From Balanoglossus misakiensis (Eukaryota > Animalia > Hemichordata): a DNA stretch of 64,000 nt. Below, one piece after another: positions 24,601-39,200 of this stretch. Below the pieces are notes generated by a model. That model was not told where the DNA came from and made no database searches. It saw only the letters and a list, made by a program, of their open reading frames with translations. Position 1 is the stretch's first letter, and the number at the start of each line of letters is the position of its first letter. Where the stretch lies: contig CM082591.2 of NCBI GenBank assembly GCA_040954595.2, forward strand, positions 981,882 to 1,045,881, read 5' to 3'. A program made the position numbers and the translations under genes.

Positions 24601-27545
24601 CGATTGATACTTAAACCCTTTCACCATTATGGTTTGATCCAAATCTATTGTTTTCTATGGTAAGGTTGGACTCCTATAAAGGGAACTGGGGGGGGGGGGG
24701 TTAAATGAAAGCATAAATAAAGAAGGGGTGAAACCTACTTTCTTGTAAACAAACACGTAGCAAGTATGTAGCAGCTTTGCTGAATTCCTCGTCGTGAATT
24801 TCTGACATGTATTTCACAACCACTGATAAACCACCATTATCTACCAGTTGCAGCTGGTTCTCAACTGGAAACAAAATGAGACACAACAGTTTACACTTGC
24901 ATGGCAACAGTGGTTAAATTAGCTCAGGTGTAAATCAAATCAATTCAAATCTCTGAAATCACAGAAAAGCAGGCTGAAAGGAACTCACCACAGGAATCAG
25001 TACAATGCACAAGTGAGACTATCAGTTGAAGTCGACTCTGCACATCCAGAAACTCATAGCTCAACAGCACCAATAGAAGTCTAACTGCTCCAAGTTCTGA
25101 GAGACATTTCTTGCTGGTCACTTGGAGAGAGAAAAAAGATCATAAAATATCACCTTTTGATGAGCAGTTAACATATTTATGTACATGTGCGATAACTTAG
25201 GTAGAGGATGATAGCACGGGTGTGGTTAATGATAAGGCTACACTGGGCTTGTCACTCTAAGCATGCATGCATACGTGTCACTGATGCGTCTTGCTATAAC
25301 ACAGACGTGCCTGAAATGAAATTCAACTTGACACATGACAATGACAATGTCCCACACCGTGACACACACAGAATAATTCAGGTCTCACCCCGTGTATATT
25401 TACTTGAAGGCGAGGCAATACACAGGTTGATTGAAACCTCTGAAATGACATATACTTACAATTATCAGCAATACAGGAATTCAAAGTGCCAGCAACATGA
25501 ATAGCCAATGCTACAGAATCTGCTGAGTTTTGCCGATTGATATCAGTCGTCAGTTTCTCCAGAGTTGATACGATGCATTTCAAACCTCCTATCAGACGCA
25601 ATCTCTCCTGGTTTGGAGCTTTTGTGAACACAAAAAGAATATTTTACAACTATTATTCAGGTACACTTATTGGATATGTTTCAAATAAATTGAATATTTC
25701 ACACAAAACAGATGCAATCTGCATATACGTGTACAATCACTGGCAAAAAACAAATAAACTTAACAGTTAAAAATTCTCACCATTATTTGAAACAGTTAAA
25801 CCAATCAAAGATGATAATGGTCTGATGACTGAGGCACAGACACTCATATTGAGAATTTTCAACACAGTTGGCATCACCGACATACAAAGGCTTTGATTTT
25901 CACCTGGAGGTGGAAAAAAGCAAAAGTGGACATCATCGGGTTGACTTGTAGCAAGTAATGTGTGATTCTCATATTGTATGTGATTGGCTGTTGGCATGGT
26001 AATCAAGAAAGCTTCCCTTGTGTGTGCCAATCACATTGTCTGAAAGTGTGATCGGGAAAAAATGATAGATGAACAGCAAATTTGTACAGCATTGAGCAAT
26101 CACATCTACCGGTACTTACTATTTTGAGGGTTATTGACAGACACACAAATCGTGAGGAGTATTGATGACCACAACGTAAACTGTTCATCATTGCAGTCCA
26201 CTGGGTTGGTATCAAATACCCTCCTTCCTTCCATCGTTTCTGACAATTGCCTGAAGGAAAAGTGATGAATCTTTTTATCAAAATTTTAGTGCAGTTCAAA
26301 AGACTCTTCTCCACTCATTGTGAGATCTCGCGAGAATCAGTTGATTATCATAGCAATACTATGAACCATGTTTTTTTTTCTGTATCACGTGAGATGTCTT
26401 TCTATATAAACTGCCCATTCACTAAACTTACTTGAATGACTGCAGCATAGTCTGTAGGCAGTTTGACTTTCTGACCAACATCTGACAAATATCTGCAGAA
26501 AAAATACACCAATATTGTCACAACTCTTGTGTCATTAATTATCTCACCAACCACAAAAGACAAGCATAAGAGATAACTTACTGTTATTGGAGACTAAACA
26601 TGATATCAGATAGACAGCCATCCTCTTCAATTCAGTAGTGGTTTCTGATCTGACCAATTCAGCGTGTAGAAAACAGAACAAGGCCATGGTACTCAACTGT
26701 TTCTGACAAAATACTTCAGAGTGAAGAAGACAAAGGGGAGATTAGTCAAAACGTACCACTAAAATTATCTTTACACATTTTGAAAATCGCACTGAATTAA
26801 CCCCTACACTTTGTGTAATAAACATGTTATGAAATCAAAGTGAAGAAATGTGTACTTACTATTGGCATCCACAGCACACGCCAAAGCATACATTGCTGCC
26901 TGTTTCAGATCTGGGTGATCAGTTGATGTCACAAGATCCATGATAAACTTTACTCCACCACACTCTAGTAATGCCTCTTTGCCTGCATCTGTCAAAGAAA
27001 CAGACAAATAAACTTTTGTTTACAGCAACTGAACTTGGTCTGTTTGCCATCTAAATACATGTAATATTGTTATACATGTAAGTACTTATTGAGAAACTTC
27101 ATCAATAACACAACATAGCATTTGTTTTTACATGTCAGTAATTATCTGACTGTCAATCTTACCACCAGCAGTACATATGGATGCCACTGTTATCAAAGCT
27201 TCCTTCTGTGCCTTTGGGTTGTTCATCTGAAATTTCAGACACTCAAGAAGCAACTTCAAATCTGTCTTCACACCTGCAAATTTAGGGGAGTATGATACAC
27301 GAGTGCCCTGCCGTGTCAATTGCAAGTCAGTTTCTGAAATCAACACGCTCATTTGGAAACTGCTTCGGCGAAACTAACTGAAAGAGTGAAGTTGTGGATT
27401 TCAAAATTAACTGAAGCGTGAAGTTATGGTATTCTTGATGCCAGTTATTGAGTTAATCTTCGACCTTGATTTATGGGCCCAGTTGGGGAAGAAAGTTCAG
27501 CTGGCGCGTCGTCTGCTGCCATGTCAGAAACTTACCTGGTTCCAT
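21697..27545 (-). CDS. TERB1: Telomere repeats-binding bouquet formation protein 1 homologue (multi-exon)
   Basis: N-terminus MEPGVKTDLKLLLECLKFQMNNPKAQKEALIT resembles vertebrate TERB1. ARM-repeat exons follow (ECGGVKFI, NQERLRLIGGL, ENQLQLVDNGGL), then a long low-complexity exon, then GC...RSLNSRNY...CKKHKQI resembling the TERB2-binding segment. Confidence 0.88.
21821..21970 (-). repeat. 57-bp coding repeat (about 2.6 units) in the last TERB1 exon
   Basis: CATAGAGATTTCTTT recurs at 21821, 21878 and 21935; the repeat encodes ETP(V/M)KxxKKSL(C/W). Confidence 0.9.
24611..24704 (+). mobile_element. Near full-length ~90-bp TTAA-flanked MITE in a TERB1 intron
   Basis: TTAAACCCTTTCACC...GGGAACTGGG(G)nTTAA. 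The homologous copy at 41931 preserves the right terminal repeat GGTGAAAGGGTT. Confidence 0.7.
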
Positions 27546-29579
27546 TTTCGAAGCGAATATCTTCAAAGATCATCAATTTTGAATACAATAGCTCTCTCCA
27601 TACATGATGTCTCCGAATATCGCCAACAGTCCATCAACTTTGACTTAAAAGTCGTAATACTTCAGAAATTATTCCATCAACAACATTACGGCGAGCGACA
27701 CTTTCCTACATGCATAGCACCACCACCGTCGTTGAGGGCGCACTGGCCATACTGTATATGGCGGCGATATGGCGGCCATGTGACCAGCCATACGACTCTC
27801 ATACGACCAGCCAAGCGCAAACCATACGCCACAGTGAAGCATAGTTCTCGTTCTACAAAGTTTTTTGATGACATTAATTCATACGCCATAGTTTTTCGCA
27901 AATATTGATCAAAAAAGACCCTCACATGTACAACCACACCACAACAAGTCACACCAGATCTATCGTTATATTTGATGTTTTATTACTCTCCTTCACTTGC
28001 ATTTTGACATCACTGTTTTTTGTGTAAACACATCAAATCTATATTGTCACAATTATATATAATCCACCCAGGCCAGTCACTGAGAGCCTGTATGAAATTC
28101 CACACACCCAAACACATTATCCTGTAACTCTTGACACTGACAAATACAATTTTGTTAGAGACATGAATACTAGCCAGTGATGCATGCATTTATTACAGTT
28201 TCAGGAATCAGTCTAACTTCAGACTTGCCTATATTTTATCTAATTATTTTTAATTGATGAAAAAGATGGCCCATTTGGATAATAAAGTGACTAAAACACA
28301 GAACTTATTAAAGAAAAAACAATAAAATAGTAAAGAAAGTTCATTCAAATGTTATAGCATTTATACTACACCTATCGCAGACATTCAATACACAAGAAAA
28401 TCACCCTACATAAATGCAATCCCTGTATAATACAAGATGAAATTTTCTATCGTTGGCTGGGCCTTGCCACATAGACTAGGGGTAATTAGATCAAAGCTCT
28501 GAGCACCTCTACCAGAATTGAAATCGTGATGTTCTCTTCTGTTCTTGTTAATGGCTATAGTTCTAACTTCTATTGGCACACACATCTTGCAGGATGACCT
28601 GAAGCTCTGTCCAAGATTTTGATTGGTTGATTTGAGTTTTTACAGGTTACTGATTGGATGAACCATCAGCAAATCACAAGTGAGGGTCAATCAAGACAGT
28701 TTCTTTGCCAGAATATATTTACGTCACCCTATATTGTTCCACAACTCAACTCTGCAGATGATTTACAAACCAAGTAACAGCTATCCACTTGTTTTTCTTA
28801 CAAAATCCCCAATACAATTCACAACACATAATTTTTCTTAAGTCACTTACATTACAACATTTATATGACACTGCCATTACATCTGTTGTGACATATTTCT
28901 GAAATTTATTTACTTTTTTTTTTACTTTTGAAAGTATAATTAATATATTGCTTTCTTTCAAAGTTTGGTTGGTCACTATTTACTATGAAATCATACTGGA
29001 CTAGAATAAAATGGTCTCTAGCCTGGCCTTGATGTGGTCAGACATCCAGCCATACACGTCACACACACCATCAATGTCTTACTGTACAAGCACAAAATTC
29101 ACAGATCTACCACATACATCGGCAATGGCTAATTTAAGTGCAAAATCATTATATGTAGAAAAAGCACCTGTGTTCTGAAATACTATCATGCATTCTAAAA
29201 ATAAGTATTCCTCATATTTTGATGAAACAATCATTTTTTTTTACCTATGATGTCGTCATTTATAATGCCTTCATTTTTAATATACTGAGCTGAGGTAACA
29301 AGATTCAAACAAACAACTCATGGCTTAAAGGTCATAGTTCATCTATAACAAATGGATGGCTTATGTTATTTGTAGGTTATGAAAGCACAGTGGATCAAAT
29401 TTTGATCGAACCCTTTCGCAAGCAGATTTTGTTCAAACTGTCACCCATGCTATAAATGACATCATGATCTATTTTTAGCAACCAATCAGAGAATCTCTTT
29501 GTAGGGCAGAGGATCAGCTGATGATAAATGTTGTTTCTGTGTCTTGGGTATTCTTCAATATTTGATGACTCTAATCTGT

Positions 29580-32500
29580 CTAAAACTGGGAGCAAAGCAA
29601 ATCGCAGAGTTTCTTTGAGACAGTCTCTCTGCTTGTCCTCAATGTCAGCCGGTACATCTGTTAAACAAAGCAAAAATCACAATTTATTCTCATGATGGTA
29701 TTGCAAAGCTGACAAAAATTAAATCTGTGGCTTGTTGGAGGGGGGGGGGGCTAACAACAGATTAATTTATTTGATGATTACACTGGAAAGCTAAAAATAT
29801 CACTATTTTATTTTATTCCTCAACTAACAGCATACTCAATCTCATGTATCAATGTGTCAGTATCTTTTGTATTAAATCTAGTTAGTGTTATTACAATCTC
29901 AGATCCAAAAGGGAATAACTTGTATACACACATACACATCGACCAGACATATACATGTACACACACACATGTACAGACACAGACACACACACACAGAAAC
30001 ATTACCTGTGCTTGTACGTTTGGTTCCAATCTCATTAAGCATCCGATCACCATATTTTTACAATGGATAACACCAGCACCAACATAGTTATCCGGATTAG
30101 GGTCAACTGCTTCCAACAAACTCAACCCAAAACCAATAATCTGAATGATGAAGCAGAAAAAAATACATCACTTAACACAACCATATAACTTCTCATGATG
30201 CATGAGTGCATTGTAGATGTCATTAACTCCGCCTTCATAGCACATCTCATCCAATCAACAGAAGAAGAAATACTGTGATTGACAGTTATATTTTCCTAAC
30301 AGACTTGAAGTACACACTGTTAGACACTCCAGTGAAAGGTTTGAAAGTCATGAAAGCTAAGTGATAACCTTCGAAGACTTTCTACATACCTTTGCTTTAT
30401 TTACTTCTTTATCGATGGCCTGTGCTGCTTTGAAGATCTTCTGAGCTTCTTGGTTTGGGCTGGAGAAAAAACGCAGTAATCATGTAAATATTATGCACAG
30501 TTCATTAGAAACTACATAAACACACTCCTGATTGGCTGAGAGCTGTTATTAGAGACGCAACACTGGCCAATGGCACACATTCTGAATCAGAAAAGTGACC
30601 TTAAAATAAACTCAGGCTCAATCAAGACTATCAGAATAGCGATGTCATACAATGCAAAGTTGAGCTACCTGCTGAGCTGTTTCCAACGTGCAAAGAAATC
30701 TTGTGAATTCATTTCTGTCGGTGCAAAGAATTTGTTTATCATAACTGGCAGCTTGAGAGTAATATTCTGTGGGATACTGCAATACCTGTTGGAATAAAAT
30801 AAATAGAAGGTAAACACAGTGTTAGGATACAATGGGAAACAAGTAAAATCATACACAAAGAGTTGAATCAATGGGTCACTCGGATGTTTGTGTCACCTGA
30901 ACGATTTCCATATACCGGTAGATTCCAATTCCAATTTTCCAGAACTTTGCCAGCTTCTGGAAGTATAATTTTCACTGAATTTCCAGGAAGAATTTAAATA
31001 TCAAATGCCATGTGTATTTCACACTGATTGATACATGAGAGAGAACTCACGTGAAATCCAAGGACAGAAGTGGAGGCTCGTCAAAGGTAGCCACACACTC
31101 AACGCTGATCATCTGTTGTACTTGTGCGCCTGCTTCTACTGTTCCATCCACTGCCTGCGTTTGCACTGACAGCTGTGAGCTTAGTTAAGGATCAATTAAC
31201 ACCACAGTAAATTGTATTGAGGAAGAAAAGAAACACAGTTTATATTCTCTCTCACTCTGCCATTCTTTCTCTCTCCTTTGTCTGTCTGTCTGTCTGTCTC
31301 TCCCCCCCCCCCTCTCTCTCCCTCCCCCCTCTCCCAAACACACACACATGATATGAAACTTCAACTGTCCCAAACTTCCAATCTCAATGATTTATTCAAA
31401 GGATATCATTCCCCTGTGGTAACACTGTTGGTGTAAAATTCAGAAACTGGTAACTAGTTTTATTGCCGTAAAATAAACCAACTTTTCCGAGACTCTGCCT
31501 GAACTCCGACTTGACTCCAATCTGCAGAAGTTCATTCTCAAACAAGACTCCATTATTTTTAATGATAAATCTGCAACGAAAAAAATAAATAAATGATTGT
31601 ATTACTGAGTATGAGCATGTGACTATATACATGTACATATAAGTTGTGTTAATCAGCTGGATACAGGGAATTTATTCATCATGGTGTTTCATCATGCTTC
31701 AGGGATGTGTATGGGGACATCTTATTTAGGATTACTGATAAATCTCAAGAATGAAGTATACCTATTATAATTTTCTTCATTTGACGTCAAATCGTCCAGT
31801 GGTGATGCTGTGTTACGTACAACAGTGGCAGGTACAGCTGAGCTTTCAAAGACATCCACTAGAATACTTCCGGCCGAGGGACCAGCAGGTGCAGCTACTT
31901 GGGCTTGTGGTTCGATTCCCAGAAGATCCGCTGACACAGGAAGTGCTGGTGGTGGTCTGGCACTCTGTTGAAGGCAGAGAAGATACCGTGAATTCAACTC
32001 AAAGAAGGTATTTTCTTCACAGATACAATTTATCCCAGCTTACGCAGCCACATCCCTGACATGAAAAGTCTACCAACTTACTTCTTCTGGTGCCATGAGA
32101 TTTGAGACAGGCACATCCGAGCTGCTCTCTCCACCAGCACCGGCCAATACAACACCACGTCCTCTGCTTTCTTTTTCTTCTGGTTCTGCTCCAGCAATTG
32201 TTCCTTTCTTCTTTTTGAGTTTGGCCAAAATGGAGGATTCTCTTTCGGGGAATGGTGGCATTTCTTCAAGTACAGTTGCCTGTCAATCAAATCAAGACAC
32301 GTCATGAGGTCAAATCAAAAGATCAAATCAAGGGGTCAAATCACAAGATTAAATGAACAGGTCAAATACAAAATGTAGGGAGATTACCGCCAACTCTGTC
32401 TATAGTAGCAGTGAATTGACTTCCCTAATTTTGCCTTCACAGACAGATGCACATGAAATACACATGACAACATAACACACATACTGCACATGAAAACTGC

Positions 32501-35500
32501 ACAGGGCCTGTACATTGTAACAAAGTGGCAACTATAGACAGGTTTCCATTGTACAGGGATGGCCACTAACACAAGTTTGACTGTATTTCTCAGAATGAAG
32601 TAAAAACAACGCCAAGATTTGTAAAAAAACATACCAAGACATCGGGTGATGCAAGAGAACTCAACTGAAGATATTCCACAGCTCTCTGTTGTAACTCAGC
32701 ATCAGCATTTCGAAGTTGATTGTCGTTTCGCAAAACCTGAAATCAATCAATCAATCAATCAATCAGTCAACCAACCAATCAATCACTATGAATCAGCTTA
32801 TTCTAAATATGAACTACAGTTCATTCTTTCAAACAAATGGTACACAAGAAAAAATAAGCCAAACAATTAGTGTTTGTTTATTTTTATGATCAAATTATTT
32901 CATTGAAGGAAAAATCAGTCACACCTACCTCTTGTATAATGACTTTCATTTCAGGAAATAAATTGATAAATTTGATGTAAGATGAGAGCAGCAGTCCTCT
33001 TGTTGTTATGCTGCACAGATGAAACTTCGAATGCAACAGATCAAACTGTACTTGGGGACTGTAATAGCAGAGGGGAAAAACAAGAAGATTGACATCAATT
33101 TGCTGCTTGTATGGTTAATGTTCGTAAAGAATATATGCAGGTGTGTGTGTGCATGTATGCCTATGTGCGTTTGGACAAGTTTATGATCACTTACCTTGAC
33201 CTTGGATCCCCAGCTATGAGATTACCAAACTCTCCCATAATGTAACCACCAACTTTGACCATGTTTTCATGGCAAGCTGGCGCCTGTAGAGCCTGCAATA
33301 CACAACAAACATTGGGGTCAATATTGCTGGGGATGTAATAACATGCAGAGGTCAATAATGAATATACTAACTTGCAGTGTATATATAGCATAATGACCTA
33401 CCTCAAAGACTGTCTTTGCAGCATAACCCTGGACATCATCCCTGTTGATAACAATCTGAATCACACGATACCATACCTGAAATTATGAATACACATGCTA
33501 TTTAACCATGGACCAATCATTTGAAATTTTCTTTGGTGGTATGATGATGTTTATCAAAGTTCAAAATGTGACCAAGTCATTTTACTGGTAATTTTTATAG
33601 AGAATAGAAAACACACTTACCTCTTCACTGACGTAGTCTCCAGCAATACGAATTAAGTTCAGAATTGTATCGACATACCAAGTGTAATCGGATGCGTATC
33701 TCTCGGCTAGAATAGCCACTTTTAACACCTGTGAGGGGAAAGTGAAAAGATCGTTTGTAATTCCTGTAGTCAACCCTTCAGTGGGTAACGGTCTCAGAAC
33801 GTTTAAGAATTAAATTGCTTACCATTTCTTCTCTGATGGAATAATCAGCCGTCTCAAGATACGATAACATTTCAGACACAATTTCTTCCACATTTCCTTT
33901 ATCACACATTGCATAAAGTAAATCAACCGCTCTCTGTCGAACACTCACGTCTCGCTCGGTCTGTGAAAAAAAATAAAAACTTAACCAATTTTATGGCACT
34001 CGACAAGGAAATATCACATGTATATAAAATGAATCCATTTTACGGAAAGTGATGACCAAAAATAATGTTCACCTTGAGAGCTGTGATCACAGTTTCTTGA
34101 TGTTTCTTGACAGCTTCCCGTGAAAACTCCGAAGATGCTAACAGACACATACTTTCTAGAGCCAGATACCTGTTAATGAATGATAAAAGAAAAACGGTGA
34201 GGACTGAAATAATAAATGTAAAGACTGCCAAATGCGAAATGAGGTCACTTGAAATGGAACTTAGATTCCCCACGAGAGATTCACAAGTCGTCTTTCCATA
34301 AACACTGTTTTATTCCTTGACACCTGAAAACCAAACAAATCTAAGCTGGCTTCATGACTAATGACTCTCTACAACAGAATACAAATTACTCAACCAAACA
34401 CCATATTAACAGCTCCCCACGTTCAACTGCCTGCATGGAGTCGTAGACACGAGGCTCGTAAAGTTTAATCATTTTTCAATAATGGATGCGAGACAAGACA
34501 TCTCAGTACATCCCCAAGATGCCAAGACATTCCAATTCACTGACTGTGTGTAATTATAACAGCAGCACAAGGACTTAATGTGTGGCTAATGTCCAATTCT
34601 TCACTCGAAGATTCACACTTCATGAAACTCACCTTAGATTAGTTTCTCTATGCTGTAAGAACTGACCCAGTTGATTGCAGGCACGGACCAACAGGGTTGG
34701 TTCACTGAAATCAGATGAGATGTGAAGTCCATGTTAGAAATAAAGTAGTCCATGCACCCGGTAAAATATTTCATCATTTGAGACACATCACCTTCACTTT
34801 GGTGTTTTGGGAAACACAGACAAAACAAGCAACACACCTGTAATGTCGAGAATTATGAAACTTACCTATCATGGTGGATGATAAGATTGATGGCTTCAAA
34901 TAAAACAGCATTTTTGGCGTTTGAATGCTGCACTTTTTTCGATTTTGGGGGTTCCTAGAAAGGGAAGAGAAATTGTCAGAAGTTGCGAAAATGACAAAAC
35001 CACACTGTTTTTCTTCACTCGATTCAGTCAGAATTTTGAACCTGTAAATAGGTAATTTATTTTCCTCACCTGTGCTTTGTTTAAAATGGTTTCCAGACAT
35101 TCACTGAGTCTTCCGCGAGCAGCTGCATCTTCCGGTGGCGGGTAACACAGGAGCAATCGTAATAATTTCACAGAGAGCCACGGTGCCGGAACAAAGTAAT
35201 AGGTGTAGTCTTGGAGATCAGTGTAGGAGGATGTTACAATCTGTTCCGCAAAAGAAATTCATCACAATGTTAGAAACCTCTGCTCTGTCACAGCAAAATT
35301 ACAATATAACAGAGTATTTTCATAACAACCTCATATTACCTACCCTGCTAAGTCTTGACACAGCGAGAGACACACAGCCTTTACATTCATCAGGGCTTCT
35401 TCCTGCCAATTCATGGATTAAACTTGTAGCAGCCGTTACTACACCCTGTCAACAAAAACCATGAATTTAATTATCCACCATCTATTTTCACACTAATGGG

Positions 35501-38500
35501 ACGTACTGACCTCTGTTGACCTCGACAAGAGATATAAGAACGAGAGAAGAGAATGAAATCAGACAAGAAGTAATCCACTCACCATGTGCTGATCATTCAA
35601 CAAATGAACAGCTCTGTTGATCCATTCTCCAGGTTCTATGGATTCTGGAGATGTTCTCAGTAACCTCAATAAACACAGCGATGCACTCTGTTTCACCGTG
35701 TCCAGGGTATCTCTGTAAAACACAACGCAAATAATAGGAGATTTATTGCCCACTCTCCTGCACCCAGCTCATAAAGAAACCATCACAGTCAGTTTCCATC
35801 AAGTTTCACATCAACTCTCTCTCTAAAAATAATCCTCTATTAAGCTATATTCATTTATCACAATGACAGACCAGCTTCCACTCAGGATAATGACTGACAA
35901 ACCACATCAGAATTTGTGTAACATCAAATCTATAAAATAAAACAGTTCTACTCAAGTACAATTTTACCCTAATGCAACATTTTAAAGCTTTTGAAAACTT
36001 AAAACATGGCTTCAGAGGAGTTGAATATTTTACGCAGTATGGTGACCTGGATTCCAAGCTCTTGGGATTAAGAAGAGGCATAGTGAATTGAAATGAATAT
36101 TTCATGCTGAATGAAGCCCTGGATTTCTCTAAGCCCCGGGAATTAAAAAGTTGACGTACTTTCTGCACATAAAACACATCAAAAAGGCTGAAATACTTCA
36201 TTATAATTTGCTGAATATCAAATGGTTTATTGCTCACGAATATGTAGATAGTTTACAATCCCCAGTTTCCCAGCCAAATCAGACAGTCTCGCATATATCA
36301 CAGAGGTGACATCACACTCTGGCCTGCGAGAACGACAACATAATCTCCAAAAGAGATAATACTCACGGAGCCACAAGCAGTTTGGGAATCTCATTTCCCA
36401 AGGAATCAGACATCTCCTTGCTTCCGATATTAGCAATGCAGTGAAGAGCCAGACAGATGTGTACAGAGTTCCTGCTGGCCAGATCATTCTTGATATTCTG
36501 CACAATCAATTTCATCAAATCACTACTCTCACTCACAAGTACTGATATAAACAGATAACCCTGCAAACAGAAATGGATTGCAAAACGGTGAATAATTAAT
36601 ACTGGAAAGCAGAAAATCTGCCAGTGATTAGATATTTGGCTAGAATGATTTTCTGCGACTTTCATGAAACTTCTCAATATCTTCAAGCTCTGGCCTAGAA
36701 AAAAAAGTTATGTGGGTCAGTAAACAACTTTTAATATGGCTGGCAAAAAAGTGCAAAGTGCAGACACTAACTCTTCATTAGCCTAGGGGAGCCTTTGCAA
36801 TGTCTAAATGGACATAGCTTCTGTGCAAATGGGAAAAAAATTTCGTTTAATCAGCCAAGCGTATTGTGCAAATTGTAACTGATATAGTCAGGCTCAGGAA
36901 ATGACAAGGTGACATTTTAATCAGGGACTGCTGCTACTTGGTCAACATTGACGTAAAAATTAAAACTAAGAAATTTGTCTCTGAAATAATCTGTCAATCA
37001 TAGAACGAAGGTTACTGACTGGGCATAGAAGTTCACACAGCTCTTGTTAATTAACTTGATTGGCATTTGGTATCATCTACACATGCAATGCAATTTGATA
37101 TCTTCGTCTGACATGAATTTCACGCAGAGAATAAATTTGAGGGAAAAAAATCAATAATTGAGAGACAGAATATCATTAGCGCTTTTTCATGGTTCATCAA
37201 AGACAACTATTTCACATGAGTGACAGATACAGCATCCATTTGCCGTCTCGTGACAAGAGTAGCTTCACTGGAGACTGGATTGCCAAGAAACAGTTCTTGA
37301 AGATGTCTTCCTAATTACTTCTGCATGTCATCAAAGCAACGATAAAATCAAGAACATCATTTGTGTACACAAGCCATCAAATATTTACTGCCTGGCTGTC
37401 TTTTGTGTGCATGGATTGAATGTATAATATTATCACAGATCATGATTTCTGCATGAACAGATCTGGTTCGCAACTCTTGCATAATTCTCTGTAGACATAT
37501 CAATTTTTACAGACAGAACTGATTGTATTGCAGTAATGGCAGATTATCTGGGCCATTCATTTAATACAATGTGTCAAATCAGCTCGGAAAACTTCCAAAT
37601 CTAATACTGCCTGATATCAATGATGTGTTACCTCTGATAAGCATATCATTTAGCACTGACTCGTACATGAAATTTTAACTCAAACTGTGTTCATATCCAC
37701 AGGGAAAATTTGAGTTGTACACTTACTATCTGTTTCTCTGTATACTTGTTGGAGCTGAGAAGATTGACAGCTTCCATGTGGCCAAAATCAATGTCGTGTC
37801 CGAGCAAGAAAATAAACAACAATTTGCAGACATATTTCTTCTTTTGATAGCCATCCAAAGTTTTATCACCTGAAAAAGTACAAATCGAACATAAGAAATT
37901 CAGTCGTAAAATGTACGAGTATCTTGTGAGACATGAACCCTCAACCTTTGACATTTTAACAGAATCCAGCACACAGACTGAGCAATTTTACTATTTCTTC
38001 TACAAAAACAGGTGAACATCCAAGATGATGATATTTTTCATATCATGATCAATTCATAAGAATGTGTTTGCAGTCTGTACAGATATTACTATAGCAGATT
38101 CAATTTTCTTTTCACTAATAAATACATCAGCAGGAGAGAAAAAAGTCCCCCGATTATCTCATTTACAGAATAAGTGATTGATGTTTCAGGGTTTGATTAT
38201 TTTTTCTAAAAATAAAGGATCATGGTCAACCCTTTGAAGTTTGACAGCTCTGGGAAAAGCAAGACCTATACATGCTAAACTTGATTACTTGCCTTAAGCA
38301 AGCACTGAAATGATTATAATCGTTTCTGTAAAAGGATCGGTTTCTATGAATAATAATTATATAGGGTGACAGGTATAATGATGGTTTCTGTGGCGCTGAT
38401 TGCTAGGCATATGTACAGTTACACCCAAGATCTGAATGTTCCTACCTTTGAATTTGGATCGGATATTGGCCAATTCTTTGTTGATTCTCTTAATCTCAGC

Positions 38501-39200
38501 TTCTTTACTTTTACCTGGGGAGAGATCAATATTGCATGAGAGCCTGTGTGGAGACCGTACACCGTGTGTTTGACCTTATGACCTCATCTTGCACGTCACC
38601 CTGCAAAGCTGAAGATCAACACCGGAATAGTAATATCCAAAGGGATACAGGATAACACAACCGGAAATATATAGAGCATCAACATTTTCAGGGAGAAGAA
38701 AAACTTCTTGTAATCATGTGGTGTATAATTGTATAAAAATATTTCCACTTGCTTTTGTATTTTTTAAACAATTAAAATATTCTATTTGTAATCTGTCCTG
38801 TTTGGCGAATAAATCATTCTCTGAACAGACACACGAAATAATCATGATAGATTGCATTTCAGTTGCTGTGGCAACAGATGGATGAATAATTTATTGATGA
38901 GGCAAGCATTTTAAGAGCCAGGAAGAGGAAACTGTCGGGCGATGATATCATTATCTGTTTTTGCAGTCGCACAGAGTTGAGAGATTTGATTTGACATAAA
39001 GGTCAAAGGGCACCAAGGTTTCAGGAGAGTCGTGGGCGAGTCTTATAGTAATACGCTACTCACTGAGCAGATCAGGTGGGTGGATGGAAAATGATCAGAT
39101 TAGACACACGAAAAGACGATGAGAATTTTCACTCACAGTTTCTGATATCAGAGATAAAGACAGCTAAGCCTCTCATTCCATCTCCTTTGACAGCTGGCAT
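29580..39200 (-). CDS. AP2A: AP-2 complex subunit alpha (alpha-adaptin), multi-exon
   Basis: [21 protein letters not shown] start; [34 protein letters not shown]; [12 protein letters not shown]; [20 protein letters not shown]; NNGVLFEN; [10 protein letters not shown]; LMRLEPN...MYRLTLRTS...QF stop. Confidence 0.98.
31175..31406 (-). other. U12-type (minor spliceosome) AT-AC intron in AP2A
   Basis: Minus-strand donor ATATCCTTT, branch site TCCTTAAC and terminal AC. Splicing restores the frame [25 protein letters not shown]. Confidence 0.92.

Noticed and set aside
1-27545. Functional link between TERB1 and the nearby satellite
   Set aside because: TERB1 acts in trans, and there is no telomeric TTAGGG array or other evidence that this is a chromosome end.
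5634-39200. A ubiquitin/endocytosis gene cluster (PY adaptor, NHL, ZC4H2, AP2A)
   Set aside because: The theme is post hoc, unrelated PTS and TERB1 are interleaved, and no synteny or co-expression evidence is available.
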